Origin: Octopus bimaculoides | Lineage: Eukaryota | Reading direction: 5' to 3' | NCBI RefSeq assembly: GCF_001194135.2 | Contig: NC_068984.1 | Coordinates: 37,698,980 to 37,762,979, forward strand | Length of the DNA stretch: 64,000 bases | Part shown: piece after piece, positions 1 through 14,096 of the stretch | Numbering within the stretch: position 1 is the stretch's first letter | How the letters are laid out: each line of letters opens with the position of its first letter | The notes under the pieces: generated by a model | The model's database searches: none | The model's input: only the letters and a program-made list of their open reading frames with translations | What the model was told of the DNA's origin: nothing | Made by a program: the position numbers and the translations under genes

Positions 1-324
1 ACATAAGGCTCTATGCCAAAACTGATTTCGTGCATGAGTGACCATTTGTGTTACCTTCTACTGATTGAACAAACCTATGATTAAAAAAGCATCCTAGTCA
101 TGGCAACCTCATCTGTGTTTTTAGGAGACGCTTATGACTACATTTTCTTATGTGCTCCTCTTTGTTTAAAACAGTAGTGTCTGGTTTGTGGGAGTCTTGA
201 CTGCTCTTCCTAGTGGATCGAGCGACTATGTAGATACTCATTAATTTGCATGTGTTTGTGTGAATGCGTGCATGTGTATGTATGGGTTGGTGTATGTGTA
301 TGCGTCTTTGTGTTTGTATTTTTT

Positions 325-510
325 GTCCACCACAGTTTGACAACCAGTGTTGGTTTGTTTACGTCCCTGTATCTTATCGGTTCAGCAAAAGAGAACAATA
401 GAATAAGAACCAGACTTTAAAATAAGTACTAAAGTCGATTTGTTCGACTAAAACCGCCAAAGTGGTGTTCCAGTATGACCACAATGCAATGAATGAAACA
501 ATTAAAAAGA
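325..510 (+). mobile_element. SINE family D copy (related copies ~26370-26560 +, ~28700-28880 -, ~63750-63930 -)
   Basis: Shared gacaaccggtgttggtttgtttacgtcccc...gtcgatttgttcgactaaa...ccagcatg motif in 4 places. Confidence 0.65.
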
Positions 511-1552
511 TAAAATTTTAAATATATGTTGCTTGGGAAGTGGGGATATTCGAATGGTTAGCTCCACAATTTTGAGGTGCCAGGTTCGATTTCACAACAT
601 GATACCTCAGATAAGCATCTTCTACTTTAACTTTGACTCCATCACCTAAGCTTTGTGACACTGAGTTGACAAACTATACGGAATACTGTCAGGTGGATAG
701 TACCTACGATTTTTCCTGAGAGTCACGTTAAGAGCACAAGTTTATCTATTGAATGTTCAGTCACAATATAACATAATGAGTAGGTATTTTAGTTGATCAA
801 ACAACTAGAATACCGATCATCGTCGAAACCAACAGGGGGTCAATTTTCAATGATAGTTTTTAATGGAAGAGATTAGAGTACAATTTAAATATTAAAAATA
901 TTATTTTGTGATCATTGCAGGATTTAGGCATAAGCTAAACAAGCTAGAGTTAAGGGCTTCACAGGGAACTCTAATTCAAAGGCACATATGTTTCTAATTT
1001 ATACGAGATCTTCTGTTGTAATTTATAATAAGCTTAAATAGCTTAGGACTTTATTGGGTGGAATGAAGGTCTATTTCAATTGAATTTGATCAGTTTAAAA
1101 TATTTGTAGAAATAATAAAGGCTGAATTGGCAGCCTTGCACAAACCAGCAGCGTAACCAGTAGTTTCTATGCTGTGGTCAACTGGCAATACAGTGCCCGT
1201 TGCAAAGACATTTTACTCTTAACACTTCTAAGCAGTAGGAGCATTGCGGTTTATTGGCTTCTATTGCTGACCGAACTGAATTATTTCCATAAGAAATGTT
1301 ACCCTCGACTGACCACTATCCGATCTAAAGAAAATGTCCTTCACATCCAAATAACTCACTTGCCGCTACGAGATACTTGTAGTCCAGAAGTGGATTGCGT
1401 GATTATCTTCAGCTCTAACCACTCCAGTTAAGGTCCTACGCATTAATCTCTCATATTATGAATCAGCTTTCTAACTACCCGTAAGCATCACAGATATTTA
1501 GTTCAGCTTTAATAAATAGTATATATAAATAGTATACATATATAATAAATAG

Positions 1553-1562
<10 letters not shown>

Positions 1563-1609
<47 letters not shown>

Positions 1610-2240
1610 NNNNNNNNNNNNNNNNNNNNNNNNNNNNNNNNNNNNNNNNNNNNNNNNNNNNNNNNNNNNNNNNNNNNNNNNNNNNNNNNNNNNNNNNNNN
1701 NNNNNNNNNNNNNNNNNNNNNNNNNNNNNNNNNNNNNNNNNNNNNNNNNNNNNNNNNNNNNNNNNNNNNNNNNNNNNNNNNNNNNNNNNNNNNNNNNNNN
1801 NNNNNNNNNNNNNNNNNNNNNNNNNNNNNNNNNNNNNNNNNNNNNNNNNNNNNNNNNNNNNNNNNNNNNNNNNNNNNNNNNNNNNNNNNNNNNNNNNNNN
1901 NNNNNNNNNNNNNNNNNNNNNNNNNNNNNNNNNNNNNNNNNNNNNNNNNNNNNNNNNNNNNNNNNNNNNNNNNNNNNNNNNNNNNNNNNNNNNNNNNNNN
2001 NNNNNNNNNNNNNNNNNNNNNNNNNNNNNNNNNNNNNNNNNNNNNNNNNNNNNNNNNNNNNNNNNNNNNNNNNNNNNNNNNNNNNNNNNNNNNNNNNNNN
2101 NNNNNNNNNNNNNNNNNNNNNNNNNNNNNNNNNNNNNNNNNNNNNNNNNNNNNNNNNNNNNNNNNNNNNNNNNNNNNNNNNNNNNNNNNNNNNNNNNNNN
2201 NNNNNNNNNNNNNNNNNNNNNNNNNNNNNNNNNNNNNNNN
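1563..2240. repeat. (GT)n microsatellite plus assembly gap 1610-2240
   Basis: Direct reading. Confidence 0.95.
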
Positions 2241-2530
2241 TATAATGTGATCAATAAGTATCCGGACGGTTTCCATAGTAACAATGCTAAAGCATGCAGA
2301 GTCAAGCTGTTTGGAAAAGATTGACCTTAAACTCTGCTGTGTATGTGCACTAAGTTTTAATGTTCTAGCTCACTTCCGCTGTTTACAGCAGTGCTTGGAA
2401 GGAACCTGTGTAACGTGTGATCATCGCATTCACCATGACAGAGAAAGCTGTCATGGAGATACTTGCTCAGAGATCTGAGCAATGTTGCAGAAAGTGTATG
2501 GAGATGAGCGTATGGAGATGAGTCCTGGAA
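2241..2530 (+). mobile_element. Mariner-type non-autonomous element, left arm (truncated)
   Basis: TIR-like tgatcaataagtatccgg start. Colinear with the complete copy at 42666-43539. Confidence 0.8.
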
Positions 2531-2543
2531 AGGAGATATGTGA

Positions 2544-3310
2544 CAATTCGTCAAAGCTCTTGACAAAAATGGGGAGTGCTTCAAGTATATCTACAGGGTA
2601 TTTTCTGACTTAACGATTGAAAAACTTAAAGCAGGGGTTTTTGATGGACCACAGATCCGTAAGCTCTTTAAGGACACAAATTTACTGAAAATGATGAACG
2701 AAACTGAAGCATCAGCTTGGTTAGCCTTTGCAAAAGTAGAGCAAAATTTCCCTGGGAAACACAAAAGTGAAAACTATAAAGACCTTGTTACCAACTCGAT
2801 ATCCACTTTTCGTGATATTGGCGCTAATATGAGCATCAAAATGATCGTTTTCCTGAAAATCTCGGAGACGTTAGTGATGAACAAGGCGAACGATTCCATC
2901 AGGACATCGAGGAGATGGAAACTCGGTACCAAGGACGTTGAGACGCTGTGATGATGGCAGATTATTGTTGGTGTTTAAAACGAGATGTTCTTGTTGCTCA
3001 GTATTCACGGTGCACAAAGAAACGTAAATTCATTCCTTGAATTTTCTGCCAAAAATCTTTGCCAATGTGCATTTTCAATTTTGAATTTTTATTTGTATTT
3101 TGTTTTGCTTTGTGTTGCGCTCTCTTTATTGATTCACATTATATGCCACTTGTATGAATAAAATACTTACTCTATCAGGTCTAGTTTTCTAACTAGACCT
3201 GATAGAGAAAAACTGAAGTTATTTTTTTAATTTAGCAGGCAAAATCGCTTAAAAATTCGTTGAAATATTCCAGGCACCAAACAAAAGAAAATTTCTTTTG
3301 TTGCCCAGTG
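2544..3310 (+). mobile_element. Chapaev (CMC) DNA transposon 3' part with decayed transposase C-terminus (2544-3040)
   Basis: QFVKALDKNGECF...KLKAGVFDGPQIR...FPENLGDVSDEQGERFHQDI..ME.RYQGR*...MADYCW, with a frameshift and a stop. Ends in gttgcccagtg, the GTG terminus typical of Chapaev. Confidence 0.85.
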
Positions 3311-3326
3311 TTGTTATTCCAAGTTT

Positions 3327-3543
3327 AAGGCGGCGAGCTGGCAGAAACGTTAGCACGCCGGGTGAAATGGTTAGCGGTATTTCGTCTGCCGCTACGTTCT
3401 GAGTTCAAATTCCGCCGAAGTCGACATTGCCTTTGATCCTTTCGGGGTCGATAAATTAAGTACCAGTTGAGTACTGGGATCGATGTAATCGACTATCCCC
3501 CTCGCCCAAATTTCAGGCCTTCTTCCTATAGTAGAAAGGATTA
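3327..3543 (+). mobile_element. tRNA-derived SINE family A, intact young copy
   Basis: 13-bp TSD ttattccaagttt at 3314-3326 and 3544-3556. Central cctttcatcctttcggggtcgataaa-type core (Meta/MESC-like as I recall). CpGs retained. Confidence 0.85.
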
Positions 3544-4284
3544 TTATTCCAAGTTTGTCTCTAATTCTTAGTCCAATGTGCTAATACTTTCTTTTACGAC
3601 ATCAACAACTTCTTTTATTATTATTTCCCGCCAACCCGTCTCATAAATCTGAATTGGTCGAGTCAGTAGTCATCAGACCTGATCTTATAATTCTGCCTAG
3701 CTCCCAAAACCTAAAATTATTATCGATTACCACAATTACAAATTCAGACGAGTAATAGTATTGCGAAATCTAATAATATAGACAGAATTCTCAAATAATA
3801 TATCTGATATACAAGTTGTTCCAAATGAAACTACTATTAGTAGTAATAGGATAGATTTACAAAGTTAATAATGATGGCATTTACTATTTAACATCAAAAT
3901 TTTAAAATGAAAAAAAAAATGACTTCATTCCAAGTAAGAAAATGAAACAAATTCTAGTACTGAATATTTAATAAATTGTTTTTATTGTTGTTGTTGTTGT
4001 TGCTGCTGCTGCTGCTGCTGTTGTTGTTGTTGTTACTGTTGTTATTGCTGGGTTTTTTACATAGTGACTGTTGTTATTTTGCAAATGATGTTTGTTGTTC
4101 TACTTGTTAACATTGCTATTGATAAGATCTTAAGAAATTGTTTTGTTTGAAGTCTTGGTTAGGTAATTATTTCGTTTCTTCTGGCATTTTTGATTTTCTT
4201 AGTCATTTTAACAACTGCTTCTTGTTCTTATTCTTGTTATTGTTGAAGTTGTTGTTGTTTATCTCTGAGATAGCATTAAATGAA

Positions 4285-4670
4285 CAGACTTATAATCAAA
4301 GAAGTTCCACCCGTGACCATTCCATCTTTTTGTAACTATATTGTCCATTATGTAGACCCCATATTTTCGAGAACAAGGTTTCGTCTGGGGAAGATTTAAC
4401 CGTTATTTCTAACGCGCCAAGCAATTGTGTAGATTCTTTAATTGGCTCGATTAACCACCGTTTCTTGTGGGTTTTTTCCTTTTTAACAAAAACGTTCGAT
4501 CAAACCCACGATCAAAGGCACTCCAGCTATGATCGTCCCCTGTTTTTAAGAGTATGCAAGACTATATGATCTAATGTATCGTTTCCTTATTTAAAACTGT
4601 AAAATGAGATGTGAGGGACATTTGGCTGTTATTTCTCGCAGATCAAGCAACTACGAAAAAGCTATTTGTT
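4285..4670 (+). mobile_element. SINE family C fragments (also ~60-220, 28300-28410, 30345-30480 -, 54300-54500 -, 58375-58560)
   Basis: Recurring atttggctgctatttctagcagg and aaacctatgatcaaagg..ccagccatgacc motifs. Confidence 0.55.
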
Positions 4671-5849
4671 GTTTGACTTGCAGCTAGTACATTAACAACA
4701 AGTCTTAATTGAACGGTTCCATCCAATCTCTCTTATCTGTTCTCCTACAGTGCTCTCTGTTCCTCTGAAAATTCCCTTACCCAAACCTATTAGATGTATA
4801 CAACAATCCATTTCCTCTCACCCCTTGCAATATGTTTTAAATCACTTCCGAATATCCTTAAAATTTCTTTGCCTAATCTTTCATCCGTCTCCCAAGGGTA
4901 TACTCTTCTGTAATACTTTTCACTTAATCCAAGATCCCTTTGTAATCATGTGTGTCTAACTTTCTATCAAGCTATCGCTCACTAAGAGGACTAATATTTT
5001 TTTCTCGTAGCATATTTGCTTGTAGTTAGCTTTTTAATACTCAATTTTTTTACTAAATGTATCAATACTAACTTAGTTTACATGGAAATCGTATTACGGT
5101 TTATTTAATTTCTAAATAAATTTATTTTCCCACGCCAATAAAATGTACACACTGGTATATTTTACTTAGTGGTTCTATCATTTATACTACATCACAAAAA
5201 CAGTAGAGGCTACACATTACCGATGATGTTAGAATAAAATGAAAACGATACCCTGAGTTGTTTCCCCGTATTTACAGGGAAAATAAATACATCATCATTG
5301 TCTAATATTTTTACGCCAAATTTTTAACAATTTCTTTTAAATTAATAAGCAGGAAGTGGAATTAATAATAATTGGCATTCAATATTTGCAGCAGTAGCCA
5401 AGTTCCAAAAGCAAAAACAAAAAGCTGAATTTCTTTTTCCATAAAAATTACCAATATTGTCTCTCATGCTACAACATAAAATTAATAGTTGCAAGACATA
5501 ACTTAGGTTTAATCTTGTTGTTGTCTACGTTTTTTTTTATATTATTATTTTTACTGAGGTAGTAGCACATAACTTAGGTTTAATCTTGTTTTCTTCTTTT
5601 TTTTAACTCAAATAGAAGCCAAATTATTATGGTTGAAATAATTTCTCTCTACAAAATAAAACATATTTCGTTGCCTGAAAATCAAATTTTCTCTTTATCA
5701 GAAAATAGACCTCAGAGAATAAAAGCAATTCTGAAACAATGGTAACTATTCTTCCTGATAAATTACAACATAATTTTCTCCATCAGTCACTTCCAAATTT
5801 CCAGCATAGACACAGTTTCTTTATTTTTTTACAGATATGACAGAAGATA

Positions 5850-6240
5850 TTCGAGGAGGAATAATAATGGTTTCTTAGATTAGCACAAGGTCATCAATTT
5901 TGAAGGTGGGAAACAGTCGGCTAAATTTCTCCCAGTTCTTGACTCGTACTTACTTTGTTGTTCCTGTAATGATGAAATGCAAAGTGGAAACAGACGAAGA
6001 TTGAATTGAGAACACTACCAATTCTGCGATTATAATAATAAATTCTGGCATAAATTCCTACATAGGAGCTCGGCCAAAAATTTGGAGGAAAAAGTTAGTC
6101 GATTAGATTGCTCCCAGTATTTGACTGGCACTATATTTTATCAATCCTAAAATTATGTAAAACAAAGTTGACCTCGGATGATTTCAATTCAGAGCACGAG
6201 AAGCTGCAACAAATACCGCAATGCATTTTGTCTGGTACTC
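5850..6240 (-). mobile_element. Two tandem degenerate SINE A copies
   Basis: Reverse-complement matches to the SINE A core and tail. Confidence 0.55.
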
Positions 6241-8018
6241 TAAAGAATCTGCCAAGTAGTTCTCACTTTTGCGGAATAATAAAGATTTCTAATGTGTATC
6301 GCGGCAGGGGGTGAATAATACTCTTAAGGTTATCATTTACTTTTCCGCGACTAATTCTACGTCTTCTAGCTAATCCAATTCTTGACCAAATTAAATGCAG
6401 TTACATTCTTTGAAATGGACCAGTGTTCCGCTACATTTTGAGGTATCATAAATGAAAACTGGTTGGGTGAAAAAAAAAAGTTACTATAAAATATATGTTC
6501 AAAAATGGAATAGTAATGTATATATGCAAATTCTAATCAGTATAGTTTCCTTATGTTTTAGTATTCTTGTTTTAATTACACTTAAATAAAAATTACACTT
6601 CAATAAAAATTCGAATGATAGAAAGCTAATTCTTTAAACCTCATCAAAAGTGATGCATTAAAAAAAAACATGAGGAAAAAGTGATCAAATATAAATAAGA
6701 GTAAGGCCCACATTCTTCTATAAACCACATTTCTGTTATTTAAAATAAACATTTGGTATAATTATATGCTTATATGAAAGATTTCAATGAAAAGAATATA
6801 TTTCTGTAAACCAAGTTAAAATTGGAGCAGAAGAAAAACAAAGGGGCAAAAAGTGGTCAAATTGGAATGAGAAAAAAGCCTAAATGTGTCTTCAAACCAT
6901 CATATCTCGCTCATTCTAGAAAAACTAGAAAGCTTTCTTTAAATATTTAACTTAGAGAAATCTAATAGTGAAAATCGCATAAAATTTGATACCGTAGATA
7001 AGAGACTTCTGGTACAAAAAACGATCCAGCTTGAGGAAGACTACTAATAAATTTTGTAAGATTGGAAGCCTTGTAATTATACTTTAAGCGCACAGAGAAG
7101 AGGGGAAGCGTTGCACTTGTTCCAAATTTTGACTGGTTTCAGTTTAATTCTAGTTTTGGTTGAGTTCCATCTAGATATGTTTTTTGGGAGGGTATGGGTT
7201 TGTGTGGGTTTTTGGAAGGTAGTGTTTCATATGCTAAAAGTTTTCCGATTTTCCAATTTTTTAAAAATTATATATATAAATCATACGTGGAGAGCGAATT
7301 TTAGATGTCATTTTAGAGCGAATTTTAGGTGCAAATTTCAAGTGAGAAAAATAGTGGTTTTAGGTGCAAAACATGTCGTTTTTCAGTGCGATCGTTCGAT
7401 TTAAGAAGAAATAAGTGCGGCATTTGAAATGAAATAAAAGCCTAGAATATACAGAAATAAACTTCGCTAACTTGAGTAAGCGAAACGAATAAGTAAATGC
7501 TTAAAAGTAGATTATTAAATGTCAGTATTATGGATTTCTGTTTTCATTCGTCAATAGTTTTATTAAGTTAGCCTTTTGAAGGAGCCATCATTGAAAATAA
7601 GGCATTTTTTAATATCAAAAAAAGGATACTTGGTAAAGTCATGGCAAATTGATAACACATTTCGAAAAGGAAAGAAAAATAATATCCGGGTTCCTCAAGG
7701 GCATTTTTTATAATTTACCTTTTGACTATAGATTAAGCTTTTAAAAAGAAAATTTTGGGACGTTTATATTTTTTTTTAATCTTTGCCTCAATAGCAATTA
7801 CTTTTGTCTGTAAAATACGTTTCTGTAAAGGCAGTGTACAAAAGGAGAAAATGCGGGCACAGGAATGATAATATTCTTAATTAAGTGAATTGGAAAAGAA
7901 AAAGTCTAGAAAAAGTGGAAGCTCAAAGATATTGTAGCTTAAGATGGAATTTGGATTTAAATAATATACCTTTGTAGAAGTGGTTTGGATGGAAAAAAAG
8001 ATAGAGAAGTGCATTGTA

Positions 8019-8647
8019 TGTAGTGTGATCAATATGTATCCGGATTGTTGCCATAGTAATGAATCTAAAGTACACTGAGTAAAGCCACTTGGCACAGATT
8101 GACCTTGAACTCTGCTGTGCAGGCACACTAAGTTTTAACATCCTAGCTCACTTCCACTATTTACAGCAGTGCTTGGAAGGAAGGTGTGTAGCGTGTCGCA
8201 TTGACCATGACAGAGAAAGTTGAGCAAAGAATTTGCATCAAATTTTGCCAAAAGCTTCGCGATGCCTGCTCAGAGGCGTACGTAAAGTTTTCGGAACGTT
8301 TTCATTGTTCTCGACACAATCAAAGAGATTTTATACAACTGCAACCCGAGTGTCTTTTTTGGTCAGCTGAAAGCAGTTTGGGCAGAAACTTGGTAGACAC
8401 GCGTCTCATATCCAAATCTTCAGTGATAATGGACTGAACTGAACCATAACTAATTTACACATCCTCTGATAACTCACAGATGGTGATTCGACGATTTCCC
8501 CTTACCTTATAGCTGCACGCACATTTACGATGTTTTTCTCAGTTCTGTTGGCTGCAGGTCTCCCAGAACGTTCGTCAATAACGATATTTTTTCGTCCATC
8601 TTGGAAGCGTCTGAACCACTCGTACACTTATGTGCAACTCATACACT

Positions 8648-8650
<3 letters not shown>
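8019..8650 (-). mobile_element. Same long-TIR mariner family, opposite orientation, cut by (GT)n and a gap
   Basis: Arm encoding MTEKVEQRICIKFCQKL, then an inverted transposase segment (VYEWFRRFQDGR..DERSGRP). Same junction as the 42666 copy. Confidence 0.85.
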
Positions 8651-8698
<48 letters not shown>

Positions 8699-9560
8699 NN
8701 NNNNNNNNNNNNNNNNNNNNNNNNNNNNNNNNNNNNNNNNNNNNNNNNNNNNNNNNNNNNNNNNNNNNNNNNNNNNNNNNNNNNNNNNNNNNNNNNNNNN
8801 NNNNNNNNNNNNNNNNNNNNNNNNNNNNNNNNNNNNNNNNNNNNNNNNNNNNNNNNNNNNNNNNNNNNNNNNNNNNNNNNNNNNNNNNNNNNNNNNNNNN
8901 NNNNNNNNNNNNNNNNNNNNNNNNNNNNNNNNNNNNNNNNNNNNNNNNNNNNNNNNNNNNNNNNNNNNNNNNNNNNNNNNNNNNNNNNNNNNNNNNNNNN
9001 NNNNNNNNNNNNNNNNNNNNNNNNNNNNNNNNNNNNNNNNNNNNNNNNNNNNNNNNNNNNNNNNNNNNNNNNNNNNNNNNNNNNNNNNNNNNNNNNNNNN
9101 NNNNNNNNNNNNNNNNNNNNNNNNNNNNNNNNNNNNNNNNNNNNNNNNNNNNNNNNNNNNNNNNNNNNNNNNNNNNNNNNNNNNNNNNNNNNNNNNNNNN
9201 NNNNNNNNNNNNNNNNNNNNNNNNNNNNNNNNNNNNNNNNNNNNNNNNNNNNNNNNNNNNNNNNNNNNNNNNNNNNNNNNNNNNNNNNNNNNNNNNNNNN
9301 NNNNNNNNNNNNNNNNNNNNNNNNNNNNNNNNNNNNNNNNNNNNNNNNNNNNNNNNNNNNNNNNNNNNNNNNNNNNNNNNNNNNNNNNNNNNNNNNNNNN
9401 NNNNNNNATATATATATATATATACATGTATGTCTATATGTATATATGTGTGTGTATGTATGCATGTATGTTTTATATATGTGTGTATGTGTGTATGCTT
9501 TATATATATATAGTATAGCATAGTTTAGTATAGTATAGTATAGTATAATATTATATAGTA
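8651..9560. repeat. (GT)n, gap 8699-9407, (TA/TG)n and (TATAG)n
   Basis: Direct reading. Confidence 0.95.
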
Positions 9561-12500
9561 TAGTTTCAATATATTATGAATTTATTGTGAACAGCTTTCA
9601 GTACATCCTTTTAACTTAATTATTCAAATTCATGATTCATAAAATTGTTGCATTTTGAGGGTGAGGTCGTAATTATTACTTTTTGTGTTGTTAATTATGC
9701 AAATTATCCTTACTGAAAAAGAAACGTACTTAATTAGTAATCTTGATACACAAATCACAGTACACTTTAGACCGGGATTCAGTTTACTAGAAAACGAGTG
9801 TATCTTTTCCAGGATGAAAAACCTTGAGTGATCGGATTACAGCATTAGTTAAGGAGGCGGAAGATGATGGACCATATTCCAACAGAGATATGGCTGGGGG
9901 AAATCGGAAATTATACTCTATTAAGTTTAACAAAAACATATTAGAGGACAATTAGTTAATTAGAGAATGATTTATAAACAATCCTTCTTTGTTAATGTAT
10001 TAGCCACAGGAAAGTTTACTGCCTTGGTCATTTATTGGTGCTAAATGAATGTTGTTAGACTCGAACATACAAAACCCGATAACCGCAGCTAGCATGTTGA
10101 TTTTGTGCCATCTATGGAGCAAGAGGTCGGCAATTTATATTTTCTCACTGGTATTACATTGTGTACCTGGTAAACTTAATTTTCGGCGAACTATAAATAG
10201 ATGCTTTGGAAAGGCGCAGATCACACTTGTATACAGTTAAGTCACCGAAAAATTGATATCTTACGTTTACAAAAAGAAAGTCACAGACAGTATTTTTAAG
10301 CGATTAACTTAATCCTGACCTGATATCTATTTTAGCAAGCCAAGAAAAATAAAAGACAAAGTCGACTCCATCAGGATTTGAACGCAGAGCATAAAGATAG
10401 GAAAGAATGTGGCATTTTATCTGATACTCTACAGGTTCTTCTCCGCTCCTCACCACCTGCTGATGTTTCTAGAATTGAATTAGTGTTTCATTAGCTTGGA
10501 GAGCCAAGCTCAAATCAAGGCATGAACCAAAACGTCAACTTCAATAATTTCGGTTATTGAGTTAATGCGTTGTTAGTGACAATGTTAAAGCCTCTACAGC
10601 TATTGTCCTTAGCTCTGCTGCAGTTTCATGACAAAATTTGTTTATCATTGGAGTCGTATCAGGTCAACTATAATTATTTCTATCCGAAGAAAATGCGTTT
10701 AACAGCACGTTTAAATGGTTTGGAGACCTGACTACGACGTCTATCGAAATGGTTGTTGTAAATTTGTCGGCTCTATTGGAGAATTCTATAGTGAAACTGT
10801 TCTGGAGCAGAGGGATTGGTTTTAATACCGAATATCATATGAATAATACAGTATGAGAAGCTAAAAAAGATCGGATGTTACCGAGATGTTGATGCAGATA
10901 AGCAAGCCTAGGGAAGTAAGTGAGCCAATATTTTGTTGACAGCTTTTGGTGGGCTATTCCTATATTCTTACATTCTTTTACTCACGTTCGTCTTCCTCCC
11001 TCTTCTTTCGCCTTTCTTCTTTCTCTCATTCTCACTCCCACTTCCTCATACACAAACACACGCATCACCGCCATCACCAACAGGGTACACCAAATACTTT
11101 ATAGCAAAGCAGGAAATATAACTTTCCATATAGATCTATCGTATGTGAGATATGAAATCTTCAATCTTGAAACCTTCAAACATTTGCCGGAAACACAAAC
11201 CACATAAATATATTTTATGATATCAGTTTAGAATTACGTCTCCAAGGCTGAGCTTCAAATTTCGATTGTGTTACGAAGCTTGGCTTTTGAATATCACAGT
11301 TGTAATATTAAGCTTGCAAATGTGTGCACTGGTGCATGTGACTGCAATTGTGAATATCCATATCGGTGTTCGCTAACGGAAAAATCTGAAAACTTGATTT
11401 GTACATTGGCAGTATCGGAAGGATTTAATATTTCAAGTCATGTTAAGCCAAATGAACCTGCCACGTGACAGAAACGATAAAAGGACATCAAGAGAAAGCA
11501 AAATTAGGTTGGTTGTAATACAAACCCTTTAAATGACATGTAGTGATAAGTGGTTGAGCCAATGTATCTTTTGAAAGCTGCATATAAAACACGTCCTTCT
11601 TACATGTATATTTCGGTTACGAAATAATTACATTGAATGTTTCCCGGTGGACGAAATTTGCCAAATAAAAAAGAATCTTTAAATGTCTATTTTTAAAAAC
11701 CAATTATGTAATATTTAAGCTATTTAATCCTCTGAAGACAAGCGTGTTTAATAAGTTTGCAATACAGATATATTTCTTTCTAGCTATGAATGGCATGTAA
11801 ATACACTTCATCCTTTTTATTAAAAACTAGTAAGCTATTTAGGCTATTCAAATACCACATTGATTCTATGTTGTCTTATATATATATATATATATATATA
11901 TNNNNNNNNNNNNNNNNNNNNNNNNNNNNNNNNNNNNNNNNNNNNNNNNNNNNNNNTATATATATTCCAATCCGAATGATCAGATATGTCTATAAATATC
12001 ATGATAGCTGAAAGACAATGTTTCTTCGTTTTAGATAGAGCATAGTAACGGTTTAATATATATATATATATATTAAAATTTAATGAAAGTATTCACAAGA
12101 TTAATTTATATATATTCCGTCAACTTGAGAAATACTTTCTTTTAATTCTTTGTGCTTTACGACAGGTTCTATTCGAGGAATGAGAAGAACATGGAAGATA
12201 AAATTGGTCCAGAATGTTGAACAGTAAAATAAATAAATGTGCAATTTTACAATAAAATGTCAAATAATTTAAGTGTGTGCTTCTATGTTGCAGCAGAATC
12301 ATACTAGTTAAGAGATAAGCTGATGAAGTACTTTAGTCACTGACTTTATACGTTAATCTAAGAAAACGAAGGCATAGCTTTGTTGTTTCGAAGTTCACGT
12401 CGAACCCACTGTATGGTCTCTTTGGCGAGTATCGTCTACAATTGCTTTGGATTGACTATAGCCTTGAGAGCGTAATTTGGCCGGCAGAAACCGTGTTGAA

Positions 12501-13021
12501 GACTGTTAGATGGACCGTTCTTATCCTTAATCTGTACACAACTTAGTGCCATCATCTATGTCCCTAATGAATCCCACTCTGCTGAAAACATTCAAACCAG
12601 GCATTTAGTTTCATAATAACTTCCTCAGTCCCGTCCATCCTCCCTCAAGTCAAGCAGGCCCTGAAAAGAGTTATGAACGCTGTCCTCTCTACTTCGACTA
12701 AGCCATTAAAAATGGACCGTTTCTTCTATGTCCCATGATAATTTTAGTTATAAGTTTATCATGGGAGATATTTAACTACAATCAGCCAATCGTTTAAAAT
12801 GCATATTCGAAAATGTTTTATGAGAGAAAATAAATACATAAATAAACGTGTGAGTGGTGTGGTAAATTTTTTGACTCATTTTAATGACTTCGTTAGAGGA
12901 AGAAAGGCAACACACATGACCCTTTTCAGAACCGCTATGACTGGTGAATGGAATGGAGAAGCTTACCCTTAAACTGAAGACCGGACCTGAATGCTTGCAA
13001 CAGAGCAGATGCCGCTAAAAT

Positions 13022-13236
13022 TGATTTCTAATTTTGGCACAAGGCCAGCAATTATGGGGGGGGGGAATAAGTCGATTACGTCGACCCCAGAACTTAACTG
13101 GTACTTATTTTATCTACCAAGAGAGGATGAAAGGAAAAGTCGACGTCGGTGGTGTTTGAACTCAGAACATAAAGACGGGCAAAATGCCACTACGCGTTTT
13201 GCCCGGCGTACTAACGATTCACCCAGCTCGCCGTAA
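13022..13236 (-). mobile_element. SINE A copy
   Basis: Full-length reverse-complement match to 3327-3543. Confidence 0.75.
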
Positions 13237-14037
13237 GGATGCCACTAAAATTACCAACGGACAAAGCAGCGCTTTTAAAGAAAATGTATCAGTAAAGAGT
13301 TCGCTTTCATATAGTGTTCTTACACATAACAGCCGAAAGTGGGTTATTTTCTGTACTGTGCCATACCTCTTCCAAGCTTATCCTTTGTCTAAAGTTGACC
13401 AACGTCCAGTATTTCCCCTTTGGCTTGCGACGCTAGCAAAGCATAAGTTGCTGTTAATGGTAATATTTTTCTCAATGGTATTTAAGTTCCCATTTTCACT
13501 TCAGAAGCTGTAACTGTCAATGTTTATAAATGACCCCGAATATTTCTTTATCTTTTTTGCTGTTTATCTTTCTAATAATTTTTTAAATCTGTTTTTGTTA
13601 TTTTAACTTAAAAACAGATTTTTAAAAACTCTTGAGGCTGTGTTCTCTGTTATCAACTTTGTGGTAAGCCTCTGCTTCTGTTACCTCAGAAGTGACCAAA
13701 TGAAACGAATATAATGAACAAAGTAAAATGAATGGTGGCTGCAATGAACAAAATTAAACGGGTGTTTGCAAACACAAAAATATATGTTGAATACAAATGT
13801 CTAAAGCCGTTTCTTCTTTCCTATCCACAGGAAAATGGATGGTCGGTTGAATATAGAAGGAAGCTTTTTATGGATAAGAATTTTTTTTTTTCTCCTGAAA
13901 ACGTATTCCTGCAGAAAAATATCTTCTAAACGAAGCACTATGAAAACACGTGAGCACACGGTAAACAACAACAACAATAGCACCAATAATGTGTATATAT
14001 ANNNNNNNNNNNNNNNNNNNNNNNNNNNNNNNNNNNN

Positions 14038-14096
<59 letters not shown>

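Noticed and set aside
1475-9523. Long ORFs containing X runs (also at 11.8, 13.8, 17.7, 30.2 and 38.7 kb)
   Set aside because: Artefacts of N gaps and (GT)n/(TA)n microsatellites.
12330-12720. Possible retroelement fragment
   Set aside because: All frames are broken and no diagnostic motif is visible.
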